A stretch of DNA of 45,664 bases from Thermodesulfobacteriota bacterium (GCA_041572575.1 JBFFSH010000013.1:1-45664); one strand, 5' to 3'; counted from the first letter of the stretch, positions 27,157 to 37,670 are shown. Notes: generated by a model not told the origin, from the sequence alone. Translations and numbers: made by a program.

Positions 27157-28146
27157 TTATTTTACAGGAGTAGGAGTAGGTGCAATATCCTTTGTGATTT
27201 CAAAACCCATTTCATCCATTGTCCTTTTAAGTTTTAAATAATCCTCGAGCGCTTTTAGCTGCCTCTCATCCAGAAATGTTTGTGATTTATCTGTTATTAT
27301 CTGATCCAGCTCTTCTTTTTCCAGCATATATCTGTTAATCCTGGCCAAGTCGACCTCAGAAGCTTTGCCGCTGTTGAATTCATTTGCCTGCAAACGTTCT
27401 GTAAAATTAAAATCCTCAGATTCATTTAGTATAAGAAAAAGCAGATCTTCTTCCTGGTCCAGATCAAGAAAAATCTGTCTGTCAGCAAGGTAAGTCTTGA
27501 ATTCTAATATCCAGGATCTGTACTGTAGCGTAAGATTATACTCTTCAAATAATTCAAACTCATCATCTTCAAAAAAGCTTCTTAGGTTGTTATCGGCTCT
27601 TGCTATCATTTCATTGAATTTTTTCTCATTTTCTACAATCTGCGCCTCATTCATATCACCCTTTAGTAAAGATACTATAATTTCGAGATTTACCATCTGT
27701 TTATCTACTAAAAGTCCAATAAGTTCATTTTCTTCCGACTCATTTAAAAATAGATCGACCATGAGATCTTCATAAATTTCATTTACAACAATCTTTTGCT
27801 GGTCCCTGTAGAGCTTTCTTCCATTTGGATCTTCGATAAATTTAAAAAAATCTTTACCAATTTGATCAGAATAAATCTGATCGGAGATTATCATGGTCAA
27901 ATCACTAAATTTGTGCTCAAGATTTTTTTGCTGGCCTTCGAGGATATTAACTTGTTCATTAATCTCGGCCTTTTTTTCATCTATCTGCTGATCTAGCTTT
28001 GCCAGGTCTGATCTATACTGTTTCACTCTTTGATTCTGGTAATAAAGTAAACAACCAAAAATTATGAAAACTATAACTGCGGCAAATATCCCTAAGTTCT
28101 TATAGTCAGCACCAAGATTCTTAAAAAATGTTTTAAGATTTTTCAT
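27157..28146 (-). CDS. membrane-anchored acidic coiled-coil protein of unknown function (329 aa), co-operonic with the PspC-domain gene
   Basis: Single N-terminal TM (GIFAAVIVFIIFGCLLYY), then a coiled coil, then a D/E-rich helical region. Begins 6 nt downstream of the pspC-like gene's stop. Confidence 0.55.
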   Translation of the reverse strand: MKNLKTFFKNLGADYKNLGIFAAVIVFIIFGCLLYYQNQRVKQYRSDLAKLDQQIDEKKAEINEQVNILEGQQKNLEHKFSDLTMIISDQIYSDQIGKDFFKFIEDPNGRKLYRDQQKIVVNEIYEDLMVDLFLNESEENELIGLLVDKQMVNLEIIVSLLKGDMNEAQIVENEKKFNEMIARADNNLRSFFEDDEFELFEEYNLTLQYRSWILEFKTYLADRQIFLDLDQEEDLLFLILNESEDFNFTERLQANEFNSGKASEVDLARINRYMLEKEELDQIITDKSQTFLDERQLKALEDYLKLKRTMDEMGFEITKDIAPTPTPVK

Positions 28147-28151
28147 AATTA

Positions 28152-28358
28152 TTATGAATTGTTATTAAGCTCAGACTCTGTCGGAATGATTATCCAGCCA
28201 AAAATATATGCAATTGTAATCGGAACAAGGGCTGTGACAAGACATAAAAACACAAGCCCCAGCCTCACTAAAGTGGGATCAATATCAAACATCTCAGCAA
28301 GACCACCGCAAACACCTGCAACCATTTTATTTTTTTCTGATCGGTATAGTTTTTTCAT
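28152..28358 (-). CDS. PspC-domain protein (68 aa)
   Basis: MVAGVCGGLAEMFDIDPTLVRLGLVFL is the PspC-domain signature, followed by one TM. Confidence 0.85.
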   Translation of the reverse strand: MKKLYRSEKNKMVAGVCGGLAEMFDIDPTLVRLGLVFLCLVTALVPITIAYIFGWIIIPTESELNNNS

Positions 28359-28365
28359 TACTTTA

Positions 28366-28812
28366 TTAATCTATTGTCTTTTGAGTATTCAGCCTGCTCA
28401 TATAATCTGCAGACAGCAGACCCTCTGCACACAGGAGATGAGATAAATATTCTTTTGTGGGAATTAAGTCGTCCGAGGTTCTTGTAGGCTGTGCTATATA
28501 TACATATGCTTCTTTTTCAACACCATTTTTTAATATCACGCTCATTAGTCTTCTGTCATATTCCACAGGGTAGCTTTCATATTTATCCAGATTAAATATG
28601 CCATTATTGTCTATTTCATATAAAATACCCTGCACAAGCTCATTTTCATTCTCAACTATATTTGCATGCCCTGCACCACCAAATGTATAAGTGGTCTTAT
28701 TAAATCTAAGAGTATAACCAAATAGACATGCTTTTGCTCTTTTAAAGACGGTTACTCCTCTTTGCTCCATCCGTTTTATGTTCATATTTGAACCATAGGC
28801 AAAATATTTCAT
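28366..28812 (-). CDS. gamma-glutamyl cyclotransferase-like (AIG2/GGACT family) protein
   Basis: N-terminal YFAYGSNM motif, catalytic Glu region and 148-aa size. Confidence 0.75.
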   Translation of the reverse strand: MKYFAYGSNMNIKRMEQRGVTVFKRAKACLFGYTLRFNKTTYTFGGAGHANIVENENELVQGILYEIDNNGIFNLDKYESYPVEYDRRLMSVILKNGVEKEAYVYIAQPTRTSDDLIPTKEYLSHLLCAEGLLSADYMSRLNTQKTID

Positions 28813-28815
28813 TTC

Positions 28816-29007
28816 TTAAATTTTTATAATATTTTTATAAACTACGCCGCAAGGAAATCCGAATATGAAAACCGTGAGAATCACAAAAATTCCAGGAATC
28901 TCCAATTGCCAGAACAAAATACTAAGCTCAATCGAATTATAATTTTGAAAACAAATTATTGTAATAATACATCCAAGAACTATTCCACCTACTAACTTTA
29001 AGCTCAT
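28816..29007 (-). CDS. small two-TM membrane protein, LapA/DUF1049-like
   Basis: 63 aa: TM, short loop, then TM ending FGFPCGVVY. The resemblance to the LapA-domain topology is only moderate. Confidence 0.45.
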   Translation of the reverse strand: MSLKLVGGIVLGCIITIICFQNYNSIELSILFWQLEIPGIFVILTVFIFGFPCGVVYKNIIKI

Positions 29008-29109
29008 AATAAGAGATTACGATAAAGCCAGATATCATATTATAAATTATTTAATTAAAAAAATACAATATTTTAAATTAGATTTAATTATAATTGATAA
29101 AATTGTATA

Positions 29110-30123
29110 TTAACCGCCAAATGTATTCAAAATAGCTTGCTGATATTTCTGTACTTTACTAGAATCTATAAAATAGTGAGGGGCACTAAGTATCGGAAGG
29201 TCTATTAATTGTTTATAATCATTAATCTTCTCTCTACACTCGTCCGCTGTGCCGACTACAGCAAACGTGTTTACCATACTGTCTGTAACAGTGCTTATCA
29301 TTGTACCTATGTCTCTTTTAAAATACGCTTCTCGTATTTTTTTGCATTCTCCTTCAAATCCATGAAGCTTAAATGGTGCTTCATAGGTTTTAACAGTTGC
29401 GTAAAAAGCTATTGTAGCTTTAGCTGCTTCTAAAGCTTCTTTTTTATTTTCAGAAATGGCACAGGTTATTATGGATGCAATAGTAAAATCTTTTCTGTTT
29501 TTTCGTGAATTACTAAGACCATTGTTAATGCTTTGGATTACTACTTTTTTTAAATATTCTTGGGAGCATACTACGTGACCCAGATATCCATCGGCCACCT
29601 GCCCCGAGGCTTCAGTCATTTTTGCTCCTACTCCTGCAAGATATATGGGCACATTTTCACGAACAGGATTATAAGCCCTGTAGTAACCTTTTGTGTTTAT
29701 ATCAAAGTACTCCCCTTCGAACGTGAAATCTTCTTTTTTGTGTGAACTATTAATCACATTTCTTATAATGTGAATACATTCTTTGATTTTTGTAACAGGT
29801 TTTCCATGCTCTACACCATGCCACATTTCATTTGTTCTTTTCGCCCCGGAGCCAAGACCAAGTATGAGCCTTCCGCCGCTTATTTCATCAATATCCATCG
29901 ATGTGATTGCGGTAATAAATGGACTTCTTGTAAAGGCAAGAGCTACGGCTGTGCCAAGCTTGATTTTCTTGGTAGCATGCGCCGCTACGCTTAACTGCTG
30001 AAATGAGGTTCTGTAAAGTTCGGTAGCCCAGACGGAATGGAAATTATGGTCTTCAGCCTGTTTGGCAAGGATGGCAAGATCCGAAATGTTATGAGCATCA
30101 AGTATCAGACCTATGCCGTTCAT
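29110..30123 (-). CDS. LLM-class (luciferase-like) flavin-dependent oxidoreductase
   Basis: 337 aa with the TIM-barrel LLM motifs (SVWATELY, LGLGSG). Confidence 0.8.
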   Translation of the reverse strand: MNGIGLILDAHNISDLAILAKQAEDHNFHSVWATELYRTSFQQLSVAAHATKKIKLGTAVALAFTRSPFITAITSMDIDEISGGRLILGLGSGAKRTNEMWHGVEHGKPVTKIKECIHIIRNVINSSHKKEDFTFEGEYFDINTKGYYRAYNPVRENVPIYLAGVGAKMTEASGQVADGYLGHVVCSQEYLKKVVIQSINNGLSNSRKNRKDFTIASIITCAISENKKEALEAAKATIAFYATVKTYEAPFKLHGFEGECKKIREAYFKRDIGTMISTVTDSMVNTFAVVGTADECREKINDYKQLIDLPILSAPHYFIDSSKVQKYQQAILNTFGG

Positions 30124-30137
30124 TATATTAGGTAAAC

Positions 30138-30159
30138 AACCCGTAATAACTTACAGGTT
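30138..30159 (-). terminator. weak candidate terminator hairpin after rplQ (9-bp stem with 1 mismatch, 4-nt loop, U-rich tail)
   Basis: AACCCGTAA-taac-TTACAGGTT. On the minus strand it is followed by GUUUACCUAAUAUA. Confidence 0.3.
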
Positions 30160-30182
30160 GGATGTGCAATAGATAAGTATAA

Positions 30183-30998
30183 TTACTCTTTCTTATCTGT
30201 AGATTCTTCCTCAGCCGCTTGTTGAGAGCTATCATCTTCTTGTGCTTTAACTTCAGGCTCAGATGTCTCTTCCACAGACTGTTCTTCTTGTTCTTGAGGT
30301 TCAGATTTAGCTTCAGGTTCTTCTACAGCTGCTTGCTCAGGTTCAGCTTTTGCTTCTGCCTCTGGTTGTTCTTCAGTCTCAGATTGCTCTGTAGCCTCTT
30401 CAGCAGCTGGTTGCGCAGTTTCCGGCTCTGCTTTCACTTCAGGCTCTGGAGCTGTTTCTGTCTGTGTAGCTTCAGTACTTTGTGCCTTTGTTTCTTCTAA
30501 TTGCTCAGTTTTCTCTTCTGTATCGCTCAAACCTAGCTCTTCTGCAGATTCTTTTTTAGTACTTTTTACCTCAGGCTCTGCAGCTGCGGTTTCAGCCTTT
30601 TTCTTCTTGGCTCGTTTCGGTCTCTTCTTCTTTGGTTTATACTCTTCTTGTATAAGTTCTATTAGTGAAATAGGAGCATTATCTCCAGTACGTACTCCAA
30701 GTTTAACAATTCTTGTGTAACCGCCTGGTCTGTCTTTGAATCTTGCTGCAAGCTCATCAAAAAGCTTTTGAATCACTTCTTTATCCTTTACAAACGCAGC
30801 AGCTGCGCGTCTTGCAGAAAGAGTGCCTTTCTTTGCAATTGTTATATATTTTTCTGCAACTCTTCTAAGCTCTTTTGCCCTGGTATCAGTTGTTTTTATC
30901 TTTTCATGCCTAAACAGATCGGTAACCATATTCCTAAACATAGCCCTTCTGTGTTTGGTTGTTACTCCAAGCTTTCTACCAACTCTTTTGTGCCTCAT
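30183..30998 (-). CDS. rplQ: 50S ribosomal protein L17 with an about 150-aa acidic low-complexity C-terminal extension
   Basis: Residues 1..118 align to bacterial L17 ([11 protein letters not shown]...[25 protein letters not shown]). The remaining about 153 aa are K-rich and then E/A/T/P/Q-rich with degenerate PEPEVKA repeats. Confidence 0.93.
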   Translation of the reverse strand: MRHKRVGRKLGVTTKHRRAMFRNMVTDLFRHEKIKTTDTRAKELRRVAEKYITIAKKGTLSARRAAAAFVKDKEVIQKLFDELAARFKDRPGGYTRIVKLGVRTGDNAPISLIELIQEEYKPKKKRPKRAKKKKAETAAAEPEVKSTKKESAEELGLSDTEEKTEQLEETKAQSTEATQTETAPEPEVKAEPETAQPAAEEATEQSETEEQPEAEAKAEPEQAAVEEPEAKSEPQEQEEQSVEETSEPEVKAQEDDSSQQAAEEESTDKKE

Positions 30999-31038
30999 TT
31001 TATTTCTCGCTCCAGTTTATATATATAACTATTGAATA

Positions 31039-32070
31039 TTATGCGCTTTCTTCTGTCTCAAGCATTTTTTGTTTTTCCGATTCAAACGCTTCTACATCAA
31101 TAACAGAACCAAGTGAAAGTTCCATCTCTTCAATTCTTTCTCTTATTTCAAGAAGTGACCTCTTACCAAAGTTTTCAAGATTTAGCAGATCATCTTCGCT
31201 TTTTTGTATTAATTCTCCTACATATGCAATCTCAGCTTTCCTAAGACAGTTAAGAGATCTTGCAGACAGGTCCATATCTTCAATCGACGTAAACAAAATC
31301 TCCTCTGTACCGCTTATTTCCTTATCATCCTCTACCTCAATTATTGCATCAACTTCTTCCTCATCGAAATTAATAAACACAGTTAGCTGTTCTTTTATTA
31401 TCTTTGCTGCATAAGCCACGGCATCTTCTGGAATAACCGTGCCATTTGTCCATACTTCGAGGTTTAGTCTTTCATAATCGGTTCTTCTACCAACCCTTGC
31501 ATTTGTGATTGAATAGTTAACCTTTCTTACAGGAGAATAAATTGCATCCAGAGGAATAAGCCCAATAGAGGTCTGAATATCTCCCCTGCTCTCCACAGGT
31601 TCATATCCATAACCAACTTCCACAGTCATTTCCATTTCCAGTTTGGACCCTTCGGATAGGGTAGCTATATGGTGGTCCGGATTTAGTACATCTACCTGAT
31701 GAGTAGTGATAATGTCTCCTGCAGTAACATCACATTCACCCTGAGCACTAATTGTTATCGTCTGTTTTTCAAAAGTATGAACCTTGAGTTGCAAACCCTT
31801 AAGGTTAAGAATAATCTGAGTAACGTCCTCTTTTACACCCGGAATGGTTGAAAATTCATGAAGTACTCCCTCAACCTTAATTGATGTAATGGCAGGCCCC
31901 TTTATAGACGATAGCAACACCCTTCTAAGCGCATTACCCAGAGTGATGCCATAACCTTTTTCCAGTGGTTCACAAATAAATCTGCCATAATATTCTGTAG
32001 ACGATTTCTCGTCTATCACTATTCTCTTAGGTTTAATTAAATCCTGCCAATTAAGTTGAAGATCCTTCAC
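31039..32070 (-). CDS. rpoA: DNA-directed RNA polymerase subunit alpha
   Basis: 343 aa with alpha NTD and CTD. Conserved position between rpsD and rplQ. Confidence 0.95.
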   Translation of the reverse strand: MKDLQLNWQDLIKPKRIVIDEKSSTEYYGRFICEPLEKGYGITLGNALRRVLLSSIKGPAITSIKVEGVLHEFSTIPGVKEDVTQIILNLKGLQLKVHTFEKQTITISAQGECDVTAGDIITTHQVDVLNPDHHIATLSEGSKLEMEMTVEVGYGYEPVESRGDIQTSIGLIPLDAIYSPVRKVNYSITNARVGRRTDYERLNLEVWTNGTVIPEDAVAYAAKIIKEQLTVFINFDEEEVDAIIEVEDDKEISGTEEILFTSIEDMDLSARSLNCLRKAEIAYVGELIQKSEDDLLNLENFGKRSLLEIRERIEEMELSLGSVIDVEAFESEKQKMLETEESA

Positions 32071-32119
32071 GTTCCTTCCTCCATATCTTTTTTATTTGTT
32101 AGGAAGATAAAATTCAATA

Positions 32120-32752
32120 TTATACTCTTGAATAAAACTCCACAATAAGCTGCTCTTCAATCGGAATGGTTACATCCTCTCTCTCAGGCAACCTCTTCAC
32201 TGTCCCCATGAGCTTTTCCTGATCTATTTCCAGCCACTCAGGAAATCCTCTTCTGGCAAGCCCCTCTAAAGACTGCAATATTCTTCCGACCTTATTGCTC
32301 TTTTCAGATACCTGTATTGTATCATTTAACTGTAGTTGATAAGAAGGTATATCTACCTTACGGCCGTTAACCATAAAATGACCGTGTCTTACCATAATCC
32401 TTGCTTCTTTTCTGGAGCTTGCAAATCCAAGTTTATAAACAACATTATCAAGTCGTCTTTCTAGAAGTGATATCAAAAGGCTTCCAGTTACACCCTTTTT
32501 TCTTGATGCTGTTTCAAAATATCGGCTAAACTGTTTTTCAGTAAGGCCGTACATTCTTTTAACTTTCTGTTTTTCTCTGAGCCTGATGCCGTATTCAGAA
32601 AACTTAGGGCGCCTCAGACCATGATCCCCCGGTACCTGCTCGGGCCTTTTATCAACAGCACATTTTTCACTAAAGCACCTGTCGCCTTTTAGAAAAAGCT
32701 TCATTCCTTCACGCCTGCAAAACCTGCATACTGAACCTATATATCTAGACAC
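32120..32752 (-). CDS. rpsD: 30S ribosomal protein S4 (zinc-ribbon form)
   Basis: CRFCRREG...CFSEKC N-terminal C4 and an S4 RNA-binding domain. Confidence 0.95.
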   Translation of the reverse strand: MSRYIGSVCRFCRREGMKLFLKGDRCFSEKCAVDKRPEQVPGDHGLRRPKFSEYGIRLREKQKVKRMYGLTEKQFSRYFETASRKKGVTGSLLISLLERRLDNVVYKLGFASSRKEARIMVRHGHFMVNGRKVDIPSYQLQLNDTIQVSEKSNKVGRILQSLEGLARRGFPEWLEIDQEKLMGTVKRLPEREDVTIPIEEQLIVEFYSRV

Positions 32753-32796
32753 TCTTCCTCGGTCCTCCTTTTGATATCTGTAAACTTCCCATAAGC

Positions 32797-33180
32797 TTAA
32801 ACACGTCTTTTCCCCGGAGGTCTACAACCATTATGAGGGATTGGTGTGACATCCTTTATCATTGTAATTTTTATTCCTGCCCCCTGAATCGACCTCATGG
32901 CAGGCTCTCTTCCAGGACCCGGTCCTTTAATGTGTATTGATACTGATTTAAGCCCCATTGAGGCGGCCTTCTTAGCGGCATCGTCCGATGCTATCTGAGC
33001 AGCAAACGGAGTACCTTTTCTTGTACCCTTAAAACCCTTTGCCCCGCCGCTTGACCATGCCACAACATTACCGGCTTTATCACTTATACTCACTACCGTG
33101 TTGTTAAACGTAGCCTGAATATGAACTATTCCTTCTTCTAGAAATTTCTTAGCTTTCTTTGTTGTTTTTTTCTTAGCCAA
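32797..33180 (-). CDS. rpsK: 30S ribosomal protein S11
   Basis: 127 aa, conserved sequence and position. Confidence 0.95.
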   Translation of the reverse strand: MAKKKTTKKAKKFLEEGIVHIQATFNNTVVSISDKAGNVVAWSSGGAKGFKGTRKGTPFAAQIASDDAAKKAASMGLKSVSIHIKGPGPGREPAMRSIQGAGIKITMIKDVTPIPHNGCRPPGKRRV

Positions 33181-33198
33181 TGCTGCTACCCCTCCTTA

Positions 33199-33579
33199 TT
33201 AACCTTTAACCTTCTTTTTCTTAGCAATAGCAGTTCCTTTTCTACCCTTTCTGGTTCTTGCATTAGACTGTGTCTGCTGACCTCTTACCGGAAGGTTCGA
33301 CCTGTGCCTCACCCCTCTGTAACAACCAATTTCAACGAGTCTTTTTATGTTTGTCTGAACCTCTCTTCTAAGGTCACCTTCTACTATAAATTTTGAATCA
33401 ATTATATCTCTTATTCTTGCAATATCCTGTTCGGAGAGATCGGAGCTTTTTGTACTGAAATCAATCTCTGCTTCAGTTAGAATTTTTTTAGAAATATCCT
33501 TGCCCACCCCATAAATGTACTGAAGGCTTATCTCTATTCTCTTCTTTTCAGGAATATCTACTCCGGCTATTCTAGGCAT
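33199..33579 (-). CDS. rpsM: 30S ribosomal protein S13
   Basis: [11 protein letters not shown]-terminus, 126 aa. Confidence 0.95.
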   Translation of the reverse strand: MPRIAGVDIPEKKRIEISLQYIYGVGKDISKKILTEAEIDFSTKSSDLSEQDIARIRDIIDSKFIVEGDLRREVQTNIKRLVEIGCYRGVRHRSNLPVRGQQTQSNARTRKGRKGTAIAKKKKVKG

Positions 33580-33593
33580 AAAAAACTTTCCTC

Positions 33594-33707
33594 CTAACCC
33601 TGTTTCTGTTTGTGTCTTTTATTTACACAGATCACTCTTATAGCACCCTTTCTTCTTATCACTTTGCATTTATCACAAATCTTCTTTACCGATGCTCTAA
33701 TTTTCAT
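33594..33707 (-). CDS. rpmJ: 50S ribosomal protein L36 (not in the ORF track; 37 aa)
   Basis: Manual translation of the minus strand gives [37 protein letters not shown] (C3H zinc ribbon). GGAGG RBS. Sits between infA and rpsM as expected. Confidence 0.9.
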   Translation of the reverse strand: MKIRASVKKICDKCKVIRRKGAIRVICVNKRHKQKQG

Positions 33708-33725
33708 AATTATCTACCTCCAAAC

Positions 33726-33947
33726 TTATTTCTTAAGTCTGTAAGTTATTCTGCCCTTTGTTAGATCATAAGGCGAAATCTCTAATTTTACTTTATCTCC
33801 TGGCAATATCCTAATAAATCTTGTTCTCATCTTACCTGATACATATGCTAATATAATATGTCCACCTTCAATTTCCACTCTGAACATCGCATTTGGCAGA
33901 GCTTCAACCACCGTTCCCTCAAATTCAAGTCTTTCCTCTTTTGCCAT
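33726..33947 (-). CDS. infA: translation initiation factor IF-1
   Basis: 73 aa OB-fold, [24 protein letters not shown]. Confidence 0.95.
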   Translation of the reverse strand: MAKEERLEFEGTVVEALPNAMFRVEIEGGHIILAYVSGKMRTRFIRILPGDKVKLEISPYDLTKGRITYRLKK

Positions 33948-33950
33948 AAA

Positions 33951-34721
33951 TTAATGCACCCCGGACTCTGTAAGTATTTCCGGTCCGTTTTCTGTAATTG
34001 CAACAGTATGTTCAAAATGCGCCGAAAGACATCCGTCAATTGTAACTGCAGTCCAGCCGTCCTTTAGTATTTTAACATCCGGACTACCTACATTTACCAT
34101 GGGTTCAATTGCAATTACCATACCTGCCTTTAATTTTCCTCCCTTGCTCCAACCACTGTTTTTGGGAACAAAGTTTGGTACCTGCGGGTCTTCATGAAGA
34201 CTTGCTCCTATCCCGTGGCCCACAAATGTTCTAACTACCGAATATCCATTGCTTTCTACATGCTTTTGTATTGCTTTTGATACCTCAAATAAATTATTTT
34301 TTGGTTTTGCCTGCTCAATACCCTTGTATAAAGCCTCTTTTGTGATCCTAAGCAAATTGACTGCTTCATCACTAACAACTCCAATTGCTGCTGTTATTGC
34401 CGAATCTCCATAAAATCCGTCCTTATAAATACCAAAGTCCATTCCTACTATATCACCCTCTTCTACAATCTTTTTCTTTGATGGAATTCCGTGAACCACT
34501 TCTTGATTAATCGCAAAACACACAGAGCCGGGGTAATCACGATATCCCTTAAACGCAGGTTTTGCACCGCTTTTTATAGCCATATCTTCAGCAATTCTAT
34601 CAAGATCATAAGTAGATATGCCTGGTTGTGCTTTTTCAGAAAGAGCACTTAGTACTTCTGCAACAATACTGCATGATGATCTGATTTTATCTATTTCCTC
34701 TTTGTTTTTTAGTACAATCAT
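33951..34721 (-). CDS. map: type I methionine aminopeptidase
   Basis: 256 aa with the pita-bread fold metal ligands (D, D, H, E, E pattern). Confidence 0.93.
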   Translation of the reverse strand: MIVLKNKEEIDKIRSSCSIVAEVLSALSEKAQPGISTYDLDRIAEDMAIKSGAKPAFKGYRDYPGSVCFAINQEVVHGIPSKKKIVEEGDIVGMDFGIYKDGFYGDSAITAAIGVVSDEAVNLLRITKEALYKGIEQAKPKNNLFEVSKAIQKHVESNGYSVVRTFVGHGIGASLHEDPQVPNFVPKNSGWSKGGKLKAGMVIAIEPMVNVGSPDVKILKDGWTAVTIDGCLSAHFEHTVAITENGPEILTESGVH

Positions 34722-34727
34722 AAATTA

Positions 34728-35288
34728 CTAACCTATTGTTCCAGCTATGCGTGAAAACACTTCATCTACGCTTCCAATCCCATCTACTTCACTGAGTTTT
34801 CCTTTTTCTTTATAATAATCCTTAAGCGGCTCTGTCTGATTTCTGTATACTTGCAGTCTGTTCTTTACCACATCCTCGGTGTCATCAGCCCTTCCTTCTT
34901 CTTCTGCCCTTTTTAGAATTCTTGTTATTATCTCAGAGTCCTGCACCTCTACCGAAACCACAGAATCAATTTCCAAACCTTCGTTTGAGAGCATGGTTTC
35001 AAGCGCATTAGCCTGAGCAATCGTACGAGGGAAACCATCCAGCAGAAACCCGCCCTGGCAGTCCTGCTCTTTTATTCTGTCCTTTATAATTCCTATTATT
35101 AGTTCGTCTGGAACAAGCTCACCCTTATCCATGTATTCTTTTGCCTTTTGTCCAAGCTCCGTGCCATTTTTTACTGCACCTCTTAAAATATCACCGGTGG
35201 AAATATGGGCAACTCCATATTTTTCAACTATATTTACAGCCTGAGTACCTTTTCCTGCTCCCGGTGGTCCGAATATTATTAAATTCAT
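34728..35288 (-). CDS. adk: adenylate kinase (short form, no zinc lid)
   Basis: P-loop GPPGAGKGTQA. 186 aa. Confidence 0.93.
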   Translation of the reverse strand: MNLIIFGPPGAGKGTQAVNIVEKYGVAHISTGDILRGAVKNGTELGQKAKEYMDKGELVPDELIIGIIKDRIKEQDCQGGFLLDGFPRTIAQANALETMLSNEGLEIDSVVSVEVQDSEIITRILKRAEEEGRADDTEDVVKNRLQVYRNQTEPLKDYYKEKGKLSEVDGIGSVDEVFSRIAGTIG

Positions 35289-35322
35289 TTTATCTAAATA
35301 TATCTCCTAATTTTTCTCTAAA

Positions 35323-36633
35323 TTAATATCTGCGTGGCCCTTTCATACCTTTTTTCTTAACAAGCCCTTCATAGCTGTGGTTAATTAGAAATGATTCAAT
35401 CTGCTGTACCGTATCCAGGGTAACCCCCACAACAATCAGAAGTGAAGTGCCTCCAAAGAAAAACGGCACATTAAATGGATCAAGCCTAAGCACAGAGGGC
35501 ATAATACATACGACAGCAATATATATAGCTCCAATAAAGGTAAGTCTGCTTAATATTTTGTCAATATACTCTGAAGTTTTCTTCCCCGGTCTCATTCCGG
35601 GAACAAACCCCCCGTTTTTCCTCAGGTTTTCTGCAAGGTCATCGGGGTTATAAATTATTGCTGTATAGAAATATGCAAAGAAGATAATCAGTGCTGCATA
35701 AATAAGGTTATAAAATAAGCCGTTATCAAGGATCAGTGAAGATATGTCCTGAAGAGTAGGGATCTCGGCAAACTGTAGAATCGTAGCAGGAAAAAACAAT
35801 AGGGATGAAGCAAAAATAGGTGGGATAACCCCTGCAGTGTTAACCTTTAGCGGAAGATAAGAAGACTGTCCGCCATATACTTTTCTGCCAACTACTCTTC
35901 TTGGGTACTGAACCGGTATTTTTCTAAATGATCTTTCAACAAACACTATTGCTGCCACAATACATCCAAGAAATACAAATAGTATTACTGTTCCGAATAT
36001 GGTCATCTCACCCGTTCTGATGAGTCTTACAAGATCCCAAAATGCTCCGGGAACGGTAGTGATAATTGATGCGGCAATGATAAGAGAAATACCATTTCCA
36101 ATACCTCTTTCTGATATCTGCTCACCTATCCACATAACAAACATAGAACCTGCAGTAAGTGTAATAATCGTAGTTAATACAAAAGAAAAACCGGGGTTTG
36201 TAACTACGTTTCCAAGCTGACCGCTGTTAAGGGTAGCTGCAAGCATACCTCCCTGCACCAGACAAATGAGAATAGTTCCGTACCTTGAGTACTGATTAAT
36301 TTTTCTTCTACCGGCCTCTCCCTCTTTTTGCATTGCTTCAAGTGTGGGAAACGCCTTTACGAGAAGAGACATAATAATGGATGAAGTAATATAAGGCATT
36401 ACTCCAAGAGCAAAGATTGAAGCTCTTTCAAGTGCTCCGCCAGAAAAGAGGTTTAGCATATCAAAGATTGTTCCGCTTGCCTGCTGGTTAAAAATATCCA
36501 GTATTTGTTCGGAATCTACACCGGGAATGGGCACAAAAACCCCAAGCCTGTATACAACAAGCATAAAAGCTACAAATAAAAGCCTTTTATTCAGCTCTGG
36601 AATCTTGGGAAGCGATGATATACCTGAGTTCAT
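35323..36633 (-). CDS. secY: preprotein translocase subunit SecY
   Basis: 436 aa, 10 TM helices, conserved position after rplO. Confidence 0.95.
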   Translation of the reverse strand: MNSGISSLPKIPELNKRLLFVAFMLVVYRLGVFVPIPGVDSEQILDIFNQQASGTIFDMLNLFSGGALERASIFALGVMPYITSSIIMSLLVKAFPTLEAMQKEGEAGRRKINQYSRYGTILICLVQGGMLAATLNSGQLGNVVTNPGFSFVLTTIITLTAGSMFVMWIGEQISERGIGNGISLIIAASIITTVPGAFWDLVRLIRTGEMTIFGTVILFVFLGCIVAAIVFVERSFRKIPVQYPRRVVGRKVYGGQSSYLPLKVNTAGVIPPIFASSLLFFPATILQFAEIPTLQDISSLILDNGLFYNLIYAALIIFFAYFYTAIIYNPDDLAENLRKNGGFVPGMRPGKKTSEYIDKILSRLTFIGAIYIAVVCIMPSVLRLDPFNVPFFFGGTSLLIVVGVTLDTVQQIESFLINHSYEGLVKKKGMKGPRRY

Positions 36634-37058
36634 ATTATTTCAATTGTTCCGCCCTGCTTTTCAATTTTTTCTTTTGCGCTTGCGCTAAATCCATTGGCTT
36701 TAATGTTAAGAGATTTGCTGAGATCCCCGTTTCCAAGAATCTTTATGGGGCTATTACCGCTTACAAGTCCCTTCTCTCTTAAAATTTCCGGTGTTACTTC
36801 TCCGCTTTCAAAAATATCAAGTCTGCCAACATTCACTACATCAAATTCTACTTTATTTATATTAGTAAATCCTCTTTTAGGAGATCTCATTTTAAGTGGA
36901 GTCTGTCCGCCTTCAAACCAAAGTGGTACACTACGGCCTGATCTGGAACGCTGACCCTTATGACCTTTTCCACTGGTCTTTCCGCTCGAACCCGGGCCTC
37001 TGCCGATTCTCTTTCTTTTCTTCTTTGCCCCATCAGTTGGCTTTAATTCATTTAACAT
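36630..37058 (-). CDS. rplO: 50S ribosomal protein L15
   Basis: 142 aa with a Gly/Lys-rich N-terminus. Confidence 0.93.
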   Translation of the reverse strand: MLNELKPTDGAKKKRKRIGRGPGSSGKTSGKGHKGQRSRSGRSVPLWFEGGQTPLKMRSPKRGFTNINKVEFDVVNVGRLDIFESGEVTPEILREKGLVSGNSPIKILGNGDLSKSLNIKANGFSASAKEKIEKQGGTIEII

Positions 37059-37118
37059 AAGAAATTCTCCACATAAGTTTAATTGAATAAACGAAATACC
37101 TTGATTCTTTAAGAATAG

Positions 37119-37637
37119 CTACCTGGCTGCAGGAATATCCAGATCACTTAGCTGCTTATCCCTTATAGCAGCAATTTCATCAGCCATGCTAAGCGATGAA
37201 AGTCCCTGGATTGTTGCGTTTACTACGTTTATAGGATTAGTAGACCCCATTACTTTTGATAATATGTCTCCAATACCTGACAATTCGATAACTGCCCTCA
37301 CCGCACCGCCTGCAATAACACCCGTACCAGGGCCTGCAGGTTTTAGCATTATTCTGCTAGAACTGTGCTCACCTATAATCTCATGAGGAATAGTGTGACC
37401 CTTTCTTGGAACCCTAATAAGCTTTTTCTTTGCTTTATCTATAGCTTTTTTAATAGCATTTGGTACTTCATTTGATTTTCCGATTGCAGACCCTATTATG
37501 CCGTCTTCGTTGCCTATGACAACAAGAGCTGTGAAATGAAATCTCTTTCCACCTTTTGTTACCTTTGCTACTCTTCGGATATGAACTATTTTCTCTTTAA
37601 GGTCCAGCCCATTTGGGTTTATTTTCTCATTGCTCAA
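37119..37637 (-). CDS. rpsE: 30S ribosomal protein S5
   Basis: 172 aa with the S5 dsRBD and a C-terminal domain. Confidence 0.95.
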   Translation of the reverse strand: MSNEKINPNGLDLKEKIVHIRRVAKVTKGGKRFHFTALVVIGNEDGIIGSAIGKSNEVPNAIKKAIDKAKKKLIRVPRKGHTIPHEIIGEHSSSRIMLKPAGPGTGVIAGGAVRAVIELSGIGDILSKVMGSTNPINVVNATIQGLSSLSMADEIAAIRDKQLSDLDIPAAR

Positions 37638-37670
37638 TAATCTATTCTCCTCACTTATTAAAACTTTTTA

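Noticed and set aside
30219-31414. Plus-strand ORFs (93, 86, 70, 151 aa) antisense to the rplQ tail and rpoA
   Set aside because: Repetitive Leu/Phe/Ser/Cys-rich products mirror the acidic low-complexity coding strand. Spurious.
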